Assembly: GCF_009914755.1 (NCBI RefSeq)
Contig: NC_060938.1
Origin: the human T2T-CHM13v2.0 reference genome, Homo sapiens
DNA: 64,000 nt
Strand: one strand, 5' to 3'
The notes below the pieces were generated by a model, which saw nothing but the letters and a program-made list of their open reading frames with translations, ran no database searches and was not told the DNA's origin. The translations under genes and the position numbers were made by a program. Position 1 is the first letter of the stretch, and each line of letters begins with the position of its first letter. This document shows, piece by piece, positions 28,101 to 39,702 of the stretch.

Positions 28101-29571
28101 AGAGTTTGTTTTGTCATATTACCAGAGTTGGTTTTCTGGTTCCTTCTCATTTGGGTAAGCTCTGTCAGAGGGAGAGTCTAGGGCTGAAGACTGTTGTTCA
28201 GATTCTTTTGTCCCACGGGGTGTCCCTTGATGTAGTACTCTCCCCTTTTCCTATGGATGTGGCTTCCTGTGAGCCAAGCTGCAGTGATTGTTATCTTTTT
28301 ACTGGGTCTTGCCACCCAGCAAGCCTACCTGGCTCTGGGCTGGTACTGGGGTTATCTGCACAGAGTCCTGTGATGTGAACTGTCTATAGGTCTCTCAGTC
28401 CTGGATACCAGCACCTGTTCCAGTGGAGGTGGTGGGAGGGGGGAGGGGGGAATGGGTAAAATGGACTCTGTGAGGGTTTTTAGCTTTGGTGGTTTAATGT
28501 TCTATTTTTGTGCTGGTTGGCCTCCTGCCAGGAGGTGGCACTTTCCAGAGAGCATCAGCTGTGGTAATATGTAGAGGAACCAGCAGTGGTCAGAGCCCTA
28601 AAATTCCCAAGAGTACATGTATGCCCTTTGTCTTCAGCTACCAGGGTGGATAGGGAAGGCCCATCAGGTGGGGGCAGGGCTAGGTATGTCTGAGCTCAGA
28701 CTCTCCTTGGGTAGGGGATCAGGGCGAGGTTCCCAGGTCAATGGAGTTGTGTACCTAGGAGCATTATGGCTGCCTCTGCTGAGTCATGCACGTTGTCAGG
28801 AAAGTGGGGAAAGCTGGCAGTCACAGGCCTCACCCAGCTCCCATGCAATCTAAAGGGCCGGTCTCACTCCCGCTGTGGCCCCTCTAACAACCCCAAGTCT
28901 GTTTCCAGGCAGTGAGCAAGCCGGGCTTAAGAACTTACCCCAGGCTACCTGCCTCTGAGTTGCGAAAGAAAAGGGCTTGGTTCTTCCCCAACCTGTGGAG
29001 TCTGCACATTGAATTCATGCCCTCCTGTGAGTTCTGGCCAGGAGGCTTCTTGCCCCATTTAAATTGATACAAAGTTCAGCTGGAGATTTCCTTCTCCCTG
29101 TGGTGTTTTCTTCTGTGCCTTTGGCCGCCCTCTCTTTGGATCCCTGTGGTGCCAGGCAGGAATGGCCTGCTTGGGGACCCAGCAGGCTCCCAGGGCCCTT
29201 CTGCTGCTTCCTCTACCCCTGTATTTTGTTCAGCTCTCTAAATTGACTCAGCTCCAGGTAAGGTCGGAAACTTCTCCCACAAAGTAGACCTTCACTAGGG
29301 GCACGGTGGTGGTTGGTATTTGCGAGCGGATTATCTCCTTTTCCCACTTCCGCAGTTGGGGCACTCACAGTATTTGGGGTGTCTCCAGAGTCCTGCAGGA
29401 GCACTCTACTTCCTTCACAGGGTCTGTGGGTCCTCTTAGGATTCCTGGTTTGTTCTTGCAGTTATTCTGGAGCTAAAATTCGCAATGTGAGCCTCTGCAT
29501 GCTGCTGTGTCCATCCGAGTAGGAGCTGCAATGTAGTCCTGCCTCCCATCTGCCATGATGATCTCTCTTCC
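24732..29571 (-). mobile_element. L1PB-type element with both ends present but an internal ORF2 deletion (~4.84 kb)
   Basis: L1PB-like 3' end at 24760. ORF2 remnants (26237-26467, 26627-26899), ORF1 remnants (27471-27659, 27741-27944) and a GC-richer 5' UTR (28100-29560). Perfect 14-bp TSD caggccaacctttt at 24718-24731 and 29572-29585. Confidence 0.93.
25113..25140 (+). repeat. (AT)n microsatellite inside the L1PB
   Basis: Read directly from the sequence. Confidence 0.95.
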
Positions 29572-32029
29572 CAGGCCAACCTTTTCGTATCTTCTCTGGC
29601 CATCAACAATAATAGCCATTTTAGGCACATTTCTAGGGAGACTACTTCAGTTTCTATAGAATAAAGAAAAAACATTAAACAGTTTTGCGTATTTTGGGAA
29701 ACTGAAAAGTGACCAAAAACTTATAATATGAAAACCACAATATCACAGGTAAGCAAATCACACCCCTTCTAGCAGTGCTATGTACAAGGTGTGCAGGACA
29801 TTGAACGAGTAAGATCTTTTCGTTTTTCTTTGATATGAAGTTTATAGACTAAATGGAAACTCCCAAAATTTACTTACATGTTATGTACCCCAGAAAAGGC
29901 AGATAAATGAGGAAAGTCTAGTCTTTATTTGGACAAGATGTCAATAGTCTTTTTTATGATTTCTTGGGTTTTATTTAAACCATAGAAATCAAGATGATAA
30001 TGTGAAACCTCATTTTTGAAATAAGAATACCTAATAAGTAGGGAAATATTTGTTGCCATATTTTGACACATCACTTGATATACTATAGAAAGCATGATTG
30101 CAATTAAGTGCTGACAGAATCAGCTCTACACTATAAGGGGCCAACGCATCTCTTATCAAAATTTTCATTTTTGTTTGTCCATAAGACAATTTAGTTGCAA
30201 CCTCTGAATGAATATGTGTATTAATAACTTCACTCAGTTTCATAGACCAATCATGGAAACCATACAATAATGTGTGTTTCATGTGACCCAAGGTAACAGA
30301 GCAGCTGCTAGTATTGGTGCCATTTTGGGAGGAAAAATAAAACAATCCTCTGACTGATTAAAAATACTTGCCCTATGAGATTCCATCTTCGTATATGCTT
30401 TCACATCTCCTTCTCCAGTATGTCCAATCCCAGGTTCTTTTCTGTACAGTGTACAGTATATTCTGTTTTTGTTGTTTATCTCCCTAAGCCAGTGATGCGT
30501 TCTTCCATTTAGTGTTCATTTTTTATGATATCTGGGTCATGCTGGCATTGGAGTTATCATCATTCTCATTTTCATTATCTGAGCTCTTAGAAAGGATGGT
30601 GATAATATTCACAATGTTAAAAATTAAACTAGCACTCTTTTGATACAAAGCACAATAGTTAATCCACAGAGAAAGTCAAAGATGGGTTGTTAACTTTCAT
30701 ATTTACCATGCACTTAAGTTGTACACTTAAGTCACATCACTAGGAGTGATGCAACAATGGATGATCCATTATTGTCAACCATAAATTATGCTTGCTCACA
30801 TTAATGGTCAGGAAAAACAGCAACTGCAGAAAGCAGATAATCTATGCCATGTCCATTAGACACTAACACCAGTATTGGTTTTAGCTCTATTTTTTGTACC
30901 ACCATATGGATTTGTACATTTTCCCCCAAACCTGGTCACCTATTGCCAAAGACTGGGACTTTTTACATCCCATGGAGAAGTTTCCCAGCATGATTGATCA
31001 CCCACTGGAAAACTCTAATATTGTACAGTGGGCTCTTGAAAGTGAAGCAAAGATTATTCTTGGTGAAGGAGGAATTGGACAAGCCCTGAAGATAAAATTT
31101 TGCCTGGAGAAGTGGTAATATGTATAACTTGATAATATGAGAGTCAGAGGACAGTAATCTCACAGGTTTTAGTGGCATTAATTAGGGCAGGCATAGGAAG
31201 ATAGGAAAGACTGACTTGGAGGCTGTTAAAGTATTTCATGAATGAAGTAAAGAAGATTGCAGGGGGCCCCTTAAATAACAGCAATAGGAAGAGATAGGAA
31301 AGAATGTGAGGCATTTTGAAATAAGTAGCAAAACTTATTGACTCGCTCACTGGATATGGGAAATGGAGGAGATGTTTGAAGATAACTTCAGGTTTTTAAG
31401 ACTAATCAGAGAAATAATGTCACTAACAGACAGTGAAATTGAGTTTATTTGAGTTTTCTAAACAAGTGAGTTAAGTTTAGAAAGTGCCTTACTTAAAGCA
31501 TAAGTAAGATATATGATTGGTATTTGAATATACTGGGACTGAAGCTTGTTGATAAGGATAGTACAAAGCCTAGTTGACCATTCTGTGGAACCAATATAAA
31601 TTCCCTATGGAGTCAATATTATCCAAAAGGAGGACTATTTTCCACTTGTATGGAAGGAAAACAAATACAATTTTTAAACGTTTGAATGAATAATAGAGAA
31701 GAAGCAATGGAATGGAGGTTATTTTTACTCCAACTACCTAAACTCCAGGTTTTCTTAGATCTTGGGAAGAAACTACCCCTTGTCCTGTTAATGGTTGTGC
31801 CCTACAGAAAGTTGCCAATCTACCTAATGAAGAAACTGCTTACTACTCACTTCTTTGCATCAACACCATTCTAAATATGCCGGTTTTGAAATGTGCTCAG
31901 GGAACCCATACCATCTGATATGAATAGCCTTGAGGAACCATATGTAATTCAGGGAATTTGATTGGTTCATGAAGAAAGACCACATCTACCACATAGTTGG
32001 CTCCAATTAAGTCTTTTTTATTTAAAGGA

Positions 32030-32850
32030 GAAGAAAATGTTAAAAGCAAAAATAAGACTTCTTATAGAGAACCAAAGATATTTTGAAGGAGTGATAAAAA
32101 TGACCATTGGTTAAAAAATATAATAGGTGATTTTAATATCAGTGATCAGGGACAAAAATATAAATAATGATTTGGAACAGCAAAGGGAGAAACACTAAGA
32201 AAAACACAAGGAAATGGAGTGAAATGATCAGAAGCAAAACATAATTTGTGGAAAATGGAGTAAGTGCAGGAGCAAAAGGAGTAAATGTAAGAGAAACCCT
32301 ATTCAAAGAAATAATAGAAGAAAACTCATTTGAGCTGAAGGAAAACTTGAGTTATCAAAATGAAAGTCCATAGCAATGACTGAGTAGAATAAGTAAATTA
32401 CATCTTTGCTCGTGTAAATTTATATACATATGCTAAATATATAGACATATCTAGGCAAAATATCTGTACACTAATGGTGAAGAGAAAATGTTATACCTTT
32501 ATAACATTTGTTATAAAATTGTATAGAGCTGATTATTTACAAAAGAAAGAGCATCACAGCAGCATAGAATTCCTGACTTGCAATATTGGAAAACAAGACA
32601 GTGCAACTATGTTTATAAATCTTAGAGGAAAAGACTGCAATTTAAGGATCCTATATTTAGCCAAAATATCATTTATAGAGGAGGGCAAAACAAAGACTTT
32701 TTTAAAACAATTAAGACTATGAATATACCCATTCATTCTTCCTGGAGGAATTACTTGAAGAAGTATTATAGCTAAAGGAAAATTAAAACAGATATCCAAA
32801 GAGGATAAAACATTGTATAAGAATCAGTGGAAGGTAGTCTATCTGAAAAT
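32030..32850 (+). mobile_element. Ancient L1/HAL1-like ORF1 fragment
   Basis: ORF 32474-32722 contains LRILYLAKISF..EG..KTF, resembling the ORF1p C-terminal RILYPAKLSF motif. Confidence 0.6.
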
Positions 32851-34487
32851 TTATAGATAAATTTAAAGCAGTGATAACTTTAATTGTGATGTGTGCTAAG
32901 GAAGAGTTCTCAAAATATGTTACATACAATAAGAAATAAAAAATATGGCATGGAACTACAGTTTTAAATTATTCCAAATACACTATAGGAGTAGGAGTAT
33001 GGATAGAAGAGGTTTAAAAATCTTATTTTTGCTTTAAAATTTTTTCCTTTGTTGATAGGGCATATCACTTATGAGATGGTGCAAAACTGGAATTAGTGTC
33101 TTGAATATGACATTCAGTAAAGCAAAGATGATTATTTCCGTTAAGAGAATGAATTTTCTTATTCATAGGGATATGCATGCTGGGTAAAGCTAAATATCTT
33201 TCTGTGATATGATTATATATCACATGATTTATTAAAATGTACTTTCAGAACAGTTATTGAAGACATCTTCCTGATTTTAAGGTATACATTTATATTTATT
33301 ATTGAAAACATTTAATGAAAGCTTACGTACTACAGTCCGAAAACACAGGAAGGAAAAGGAAAAAATTTGCCACCTTTTGGGGAGATAAACGTACCCCAAA
33401 ATGCATATAAAATTAGATCAGTACTATAATAGATGTATGCAGAAGCTGAAATGAAATAGGAAAAAGATGTGAAAGACTTAGCTGTGAGGATGTTTATGAG
33501 TCTGCCAATGAGCAAAATAGGAAAGGCATGCTGAACAGTGGGCATCTGTGTTATGGATGAGAAAATGCAGGTGTTTATCCCAGGTAATTAAGCCATCCAG
33601 TGAAATTCTTAAATTGAAATGCATTGAAATTGGTGTGAAAATGAGATATCTTACGTGCAGCCTATTGAAAGCAGTTCTGAATGCTTGAGTCTTGTTCCAG
33701 TATTTTTAAATTTTAGAGGAATTGTGGCCTAAGTATTTTTAAATTTCAAAAAGGCAGCATTTAGAAGAATTGTGTGTAGCAATCAGATGTTCATTATATA
33801 TTGCCATTAGTTTTTTCCAAAGGAAGGAAGACATAGATTTCCTGGCTTATTTTTAAACAGCAATGAGCTTAGGAACTGTGACTTTGAAACAGGTTTCACT
33901 TCTCCCTTCCCTGTTTAGGTCACCTAGGATCTAATGAGGAGAGGGCAGCCCTCTTGCTTCAGTAGTAGCCATGGCTGCTCTGCATGGTTATATAAGATGG
34001 GTAGGCTTGTTAGGCGGTAGCCACAACCTGTTCGTTTCCACAGAGGAGAGAGAAGCACGATTAGCTGTTACATTGCTTGTGTACTTTTCCAATATTCCTG
34101 CCTAGTGCGAAGGGAAAGGAGGGCTTCCCAATATCAGGGTGGAAGATATTTACTCTCACTGCTACCATGCTGAAAGTTAGATCTTTTTTTAAAATTGAGA
34201 AATCACAGAATAATTATATGGCCTAATAGAGATTTTCAAACATAAATTCTAATGTTTTGTTCCTCTGTTTACACATTTTGTTAGCTTCTATATATCAGAG
34301 GATTCCCTGTAAATTACAGAATCTTAAATATTACAAATTCTCATGGGAGGTTGGTTTTATAGAGATGGATAATTTTTTTTTGGTTTTGGTAATGTGCTTA
34401 TCTCTTTTGTTTTATAATTATGTAAATGTTGAAATTTCTACTGTAGGAGCCATAATTACATAGAATGTGATAAGAGAGGTTTCTAGC

Positions 34488-34631
34488 TTTTTTTTTTTTT
34501 TTTTTTTTTCAAGTAGAGATGGAGTCTCGCTGTCTTGCAGAGTCTGGTTTTGAACTCCTGGCTGCAAGCAATCCTCTCACCTTGGCCTCCTAAAGTGCTG
34601 GGAGTACAGGCATGAGCCAGTGTGCTTGGCC
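34488..34631 (-). mobile_element. FLAM/Alu left monomer
   Basis: Poly-T followed by gtagagatggagtctcgc...gtgcttggcc; single monomer. Confidence 0.88.
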
Positions 34632-35559
34632 TCTGGCTAATATTTTTTATATCAGACACCCATAATACTTTAGTGGCAACCTATGTAGTATTGCTTTAGA
34701 AAGTTTGGTTCTGTTCATCGTTTTTTATTACAACCTTTCTTGGTGAAATGATTTATTTACATGTTATTTACAGTTTCTGTCCCTGTTAATTGTCCTGATG
34801 TCTAACTGAGGTGTTAAAAACTGATAAGCAGTAGGCTTTTCTATTTAATGCTGGAAGAACAAGCTGCTTGTGATGACCCAACAGGGACATGAGGAAGGTT
34901 TGTGAAAGGGGTGCATTCATCCAGCTCTAATCCTTGTTTTCAGAAAGGCAGTGTCTTTAAGTGTTCTCTAATTAGTGAATAGATATGGTTGTAAATTCTT
35001 GTAGACACCTCTTTTGTAGGACAGAGATGGTTTTCCTGGCTTGTCTAAATCTTTGTTTTGCATTTCTTGTTAGTAAAAATTTAAGATGAATATTTAAAAT
35101 AGGAAATATAAAAGTAATTTAAAAACATGTAATTAATGGTATTTTATCAGTATGGTCCAACATGGTATTTCTTTTTTAACATCCTCATAATTAGAAACTT
35201 GAATATTATATTTCAGAAAGTGGTGTCTACAAACTAAAATGTTTTTATTTTTTGTTTGCTTGCTTGTTTTGCTGATTTCTTTGTATACATGAAATGTTTA
35301 CTGCAATGAAATAAATTCTTTTTTGGGTTTAGTAAAATTGCTTCTACCAGTCACCTAGGAAATACAAGCTAGGGAACAAGACACTGGTATTTAGTCATAC
35401 CAAGAGGAAATATATTGCTTCAGTGAACTGAATATAAAACATGATCAGTGAAAACACCTGGAAATCAGAAAGAACAGATTTTAGTTATGCTTCTCTTTTT
35501 CAAAGAACTTAAGTGCTTAGCTATTATTGTTAGTGCTGGAGAAGTAAGTTGGCAGTGAC

Positions 35560-36430
35560 ATTTGAAATATGATAAATAAAAGCCTGCAGAATGTCTGCTT
35601 CTACTTGTAGCACTTGTCTGATTCCTTCTCCAGAAATTGCATAATGGAAACTACCATAGATTTAATGCCACTCTAATATATCACCGTTACTTGTTTTAAT
35701 AAATGCATTCTCTATTGCTTTGTAATGATAAAGCTATAGTTACTGAAACTGTCAAAGTTACAGAAAGAGAAGGATAGGAGCTTTTTGTCTTTATCACCTG
35801 TATTAATAATTGGAGATAATTACTGCAGAGCAGCTGGCTGTTGGTTTTAGGGAGCATCAATTGTTCTTCTTACCCAGCTGTTGACTAATAAGGATAGTCA
35901 ACACATCTGTTTCAACAGCTGGTAATTAACAAAAGCCTAATTGCTGCAACTCTTTTAACATCCAATCTGTGAAAAAGAAGGGATGTAGAAGAATATTATT
36001 TACTTTGTGCTTTGCACTTTCTGAAACCAGTTTCTCTTTTTTCTCTCTCCTCACTTTTTTTTTCTTACTTTGAACACCACTGCCTTTGTATGAAGCATTG
36101 AATGGCAGGAGAACACAATATGGTAATCCAGAGCTTAACTTTTTTAGATCTTTGTTGGTGTTTCTTATTGCAACATTTCTTTGCTAACTTGCAAGATAAA
36201 ATGGATCAAAAGCATTTTGAGTAGTTCTATACAACAGTTAAAATCCGCAGCAGTGTGCCCTAGGCTGTGCTGCTGTTGTCTGAAGCATCCAAAAGGAAAC
36301 AGGGGATTCTTTTTTCTTATGCTTTTCACATGCTTAGACACTACTCCCAAATAATTTCCACATTCATATACAGAATTTTTGTTTAAATTACTGCATATGT
36401 GATTAACATAAATGAAGTCAGGTTCATCAA
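35560..36430. promoter_or_regulatory. Candidate intronic enhancer / conserved non-coding element
   Basis: No recognisable repeat; dense in E-box, forkhead, GATA and TAAT motifs (see findings). Conservation not verified. Confidence 0.45.
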
Positions 36431-38898
36431 AGCCTCTTCCTTTGGTTAAAAACCATTTTAATTGTCATCTCTTAAAAACTTCAGTTTACTCGTTTTAATG
36501 CCTATATGCCAACTAAAAGTGTTTAAGAAAACTTAGTGTATTTGTGAAATCTTGCTTGGTTTATTTTACGTTAAAATGTGGTTTGGTCTTTTTAAAAAGT
36601 TGCTTTTAAATTAGATAACTTTGATAATTTCTTGTTTATTTTTATAATAAATGAATAAGATATTTGCTGGCTTGGACATGGACACCTGAATAAAACTGTT
36701 CATAAATGAGAGACTTATAAATTAATATTTCTTTTATTTGAATACTTTTAGTACTTTCATTTAATTGTGAACTGTTTCAGTAAAAAAAAAGTCTTTCATA
36801 TAGCCTTGATTATAAATCTTAATGTGTTTCTGCAGTTATAATTCTTTGCTAGATATGAATTAATGTGTACATGCCAAAAATTTTGCTAATTTTTCTCCAA
36901 TTTAAAAAGTTTCCTTATAAAACAATATTGATTAAAATATTTTCCTTTTTTAAGAGGTTTTTTTTTTTCAGTTTTCATGGCTGTTTTTTCAAGTCATTTT
37001 CATATTCTTTTATACTTTCTTTATAGCCTATGCACCTAAAAAACTTTTTGATGAATGAAAAATGTGTTTGTATTAATTAAAGATAACATAATCATACTGA
37101 TTTTCCTTTTAATACATTCATAAAATTTTAGAATAATTTTATGGTTAATTTGATAGACAATTATTATGGTGCTTATTTGAGTATCCAGCAAGTCCTTAGC
37201 TAAAATGATAGACAAGTTCACTTGATTAAACCTGCTTCACTAACTTTTCATTTGGCAATATTTCTATGCAGGCAGTTCTTTAATTGATGTTGAAATGGTA
37301 TAGAAGAAATTCTACCCAGGTGCTTGTCATGGACTGAATTGCAGATTGCATAATTTCAAAATTTTTTGCTGGCAAGACAAGTTTGGTTCAGCATGTGTTC
37401 AGGTGATGAAGTGTACTGTAGATGTAGTGAAAAAACATACACGATCCTGAACAAATAAACAAAATACTGCTTGCTAAAATTCTAACTAAATAAAAGGGCA
37501 CTGGCATGTAGAGAAATGTTTACGACTCAAGTGTAAAGGAGGGAAATAGTGTCATTTTGAGAAATGTTTGCTTCTTGAGTTTAAATAAGAATTTAATTTT
37601 CTCTGTGTGCTCATGTTCTTAGGTAGTACCAGAGAGCTTAGTGAAAGGAATGTATCATGCCATGAAAAAGGAGAGTGGACTTTTTTGAGGAACCCACATT
37701 CCATCTGATGCTTTAAGTATTTTCTTGTGCGTAATTTGTTTTTATTTCCTGAGAAAATGACCTCAAGAACAGTTGGCTTGGTAGATGAAAATTCAATAAT
37801 TTAATAGATATTTTCTGAAGACCATTAAATACTATGTGATTAGTCTCTGTTCTAGACATTAAAAGTGGTAAATCTCATTAAATGATGAATAGACTACTAG
37901 TGAAACCAGTGAAATAGTCAGTGGTTTTTACATATAGGTAAGAGTGGCTTTCAGAGTTGGAGTCAAGAAGTCTCAGTATTTAAGTAAAGTAACGGGCATC
38001 TAACTAGCAACAGATTTACGATTTTAGTATCTTTTGAATTAGGGTTCTTTCAACTTAAAAGTTACAAAGAAAAGATAAAGTCTCTACAGTCTAAATTAAT
38101 GCACTAAGAAATGGTTCAAGACAAATATTTTAAATTGCAAAAGGCTTAAGTAAATTATATCAGACACTAAAAATAAAAATATAGAGTTGTTAAAATAAAT
38201 GATAGTAAATGGACAAGAGCTAAAAATTGGACTAAACAGTGTCACCTCTGGAGTTAATGACAATAGTATATAGTGGCACATTTGAGGTCAGAGAAGTTGG
38301 GAGAGTAGTTAATGCATAGATAGACTCACTACTAATCCAAAGTCTAATTCTGGTTCTGCCACTGACCTTTCTATATAACTTTAAACACTGAGTGTTTAAA
38401 TAGATCATTTCCTAGTGAATGGTTTTCCTACACCATGGATTTGTTTCCCTAAAGGATTCACATTGTCAAAGGCAGTTGGGAGGAATATTTCAATTTCTAT
38501 TTTTGAACATTTTATCAATTATATAATTAGTCATATTTACCTTTTAAAGAGTGACACTATGATAACCTCTAACTATGTGTAAGTTAGAATATGTGGCCGT
38601 TATTGGATATCAGAGACTTATAACACACACCACTCAACTGAACCACACCAGCTGCTTTAGTGATTAAACTGCTTTAAATAGTTCTTATTTAAATAATTAT
38701 TATGTAGTGTTTAATGTAGTACATGAGAGACCATTGTTTAGACAGGAAGGATATTGTCACACAGGTAATACTGAGCTTAAAAGTGATAATATTGGAAATT
38801 TACCTTGTACTATTCTTAATCATTTAATCAAAATTCTTATCTAACCAATCTTTATATCTCCCAGTATGCTTTATTTTTTCTTTTCTTTCTTCTTCTTC

Positions 38899-39076
38899 TT
38901 TTTTTTTTTTTTTTTTTTTTTTTGGAGACAAGGTCTCACTCTGTCACTCAGGCTGGAGTACAGTGGTGTAATCATGGCTCACTGCAACCTGGAACTCCAG
39001 GACTCAAGCAGTACTCCTGCCTCAGCCTCCTGTGGAACTGAAACTACAGGTGTGCACCACCACGCCTGGCTAATTT

Positions 39077-39110
<34 letters not shown>

Positions 39111-39227
39111 GTGGAGACAGGCTCTTACTATGTTGCCTGGGCTGGTCTAAACTCCTGGCCTCAAATGGTCCTCCTGCCTCAGTCTCCCAAAGTGTTGGGA
39201 ACACTGGCGTGAGCCACCACACTCAAC
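38899..39227 (-). mobile_element. Alu (AluJ-like)
   Basis: Reverse Alu with an expanded linker; near-TSD tctcccagtat / tctcctagtat. Confidence 0.92.
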
Positions 39228-39404
39228 TCTCCTAGTATTTCTAAAAAACAATGTTAAGAGAAAACAATATTATTAGAGTGATTATATCCAAAATTTTATT
39301 TTACTTTTCATATATTTTTATTTTAGCCTAGAAAACCCCACATTAAATACTTGAAAATGTCAATCTGAAACTTTGCTTGTTGTGTACTTTTTATTTAAAA
39401 ACAA

Positions 39405-39702
39405 GGTCAGGTGCAGTGGCTCACACCTGTAGTCTCAGTACTTTGGGAGGTCAAGGCAGGCAGGTCACTTGAGCCCAGTAGTTCGAGACCAGCCTGGCCA
39501 ACATGGTGAAACCCCATCTCAACAAAAATTACAAAAATTAGTTGGGTGTGGTGGCATGTACCTATAGTCCCGGCTACCCAGGAGGCTGAGGTTGCAGGAT
39601 CGTTGAGCCCCAGTGGTCGAGGCTGCAGTGAGTTGAGATTGCACCACTACACTGCAGCCTGGGTGTCAGAGGGAGACCCTGTCTCAAAACAAAACAAAAA
39701 AA
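39405..39702 (+). mobile_element. Alu (AluJ-like)
   Basis: ggtcaggtgcagtggctcacacctgt...gaccctgtctc followed by an A-rich tail. Confidence 0.92.

Larger units (their letters stand above)
23830..30942 (-). mobile_element. Decayed autonomous hAT-superfamily DNA transposon (Blackjack-like transposase), split by MLT1 and L1PB insertions
   Basis: Minus-strand translation across frameshifts gives HWLREINNKNRIYCTLYRKEPGIGHTGEGDVKAY...ESH (30375-30494), SEVATKLSYGQTK...LAPYSVELIL...FYSISSD (ORF 30031-30345), QCPAHLVHSTA (CPAH 29789-29800), RNVP/KWL (~29620), and KGWPAIKLYFQRIGQ on the far side of the L1 (~24690-24730). TIR-like TGGTCACCTA at 30933-30942. Confidence 0.8.

Noticed and set aside
30031-30345. 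Domesticated, functional transposase gene
   Set aside because: Adjacent segments carry several frameshifts and stops, key residues are altered, and the element is split by an L1 and an MLT1; it is a fossil.
31686-31990. Possible processed pseudogene fragment
   Set aside because: The plus-strand frames I translated resemble no protein I recognise; no poly(A) tail or TSD.
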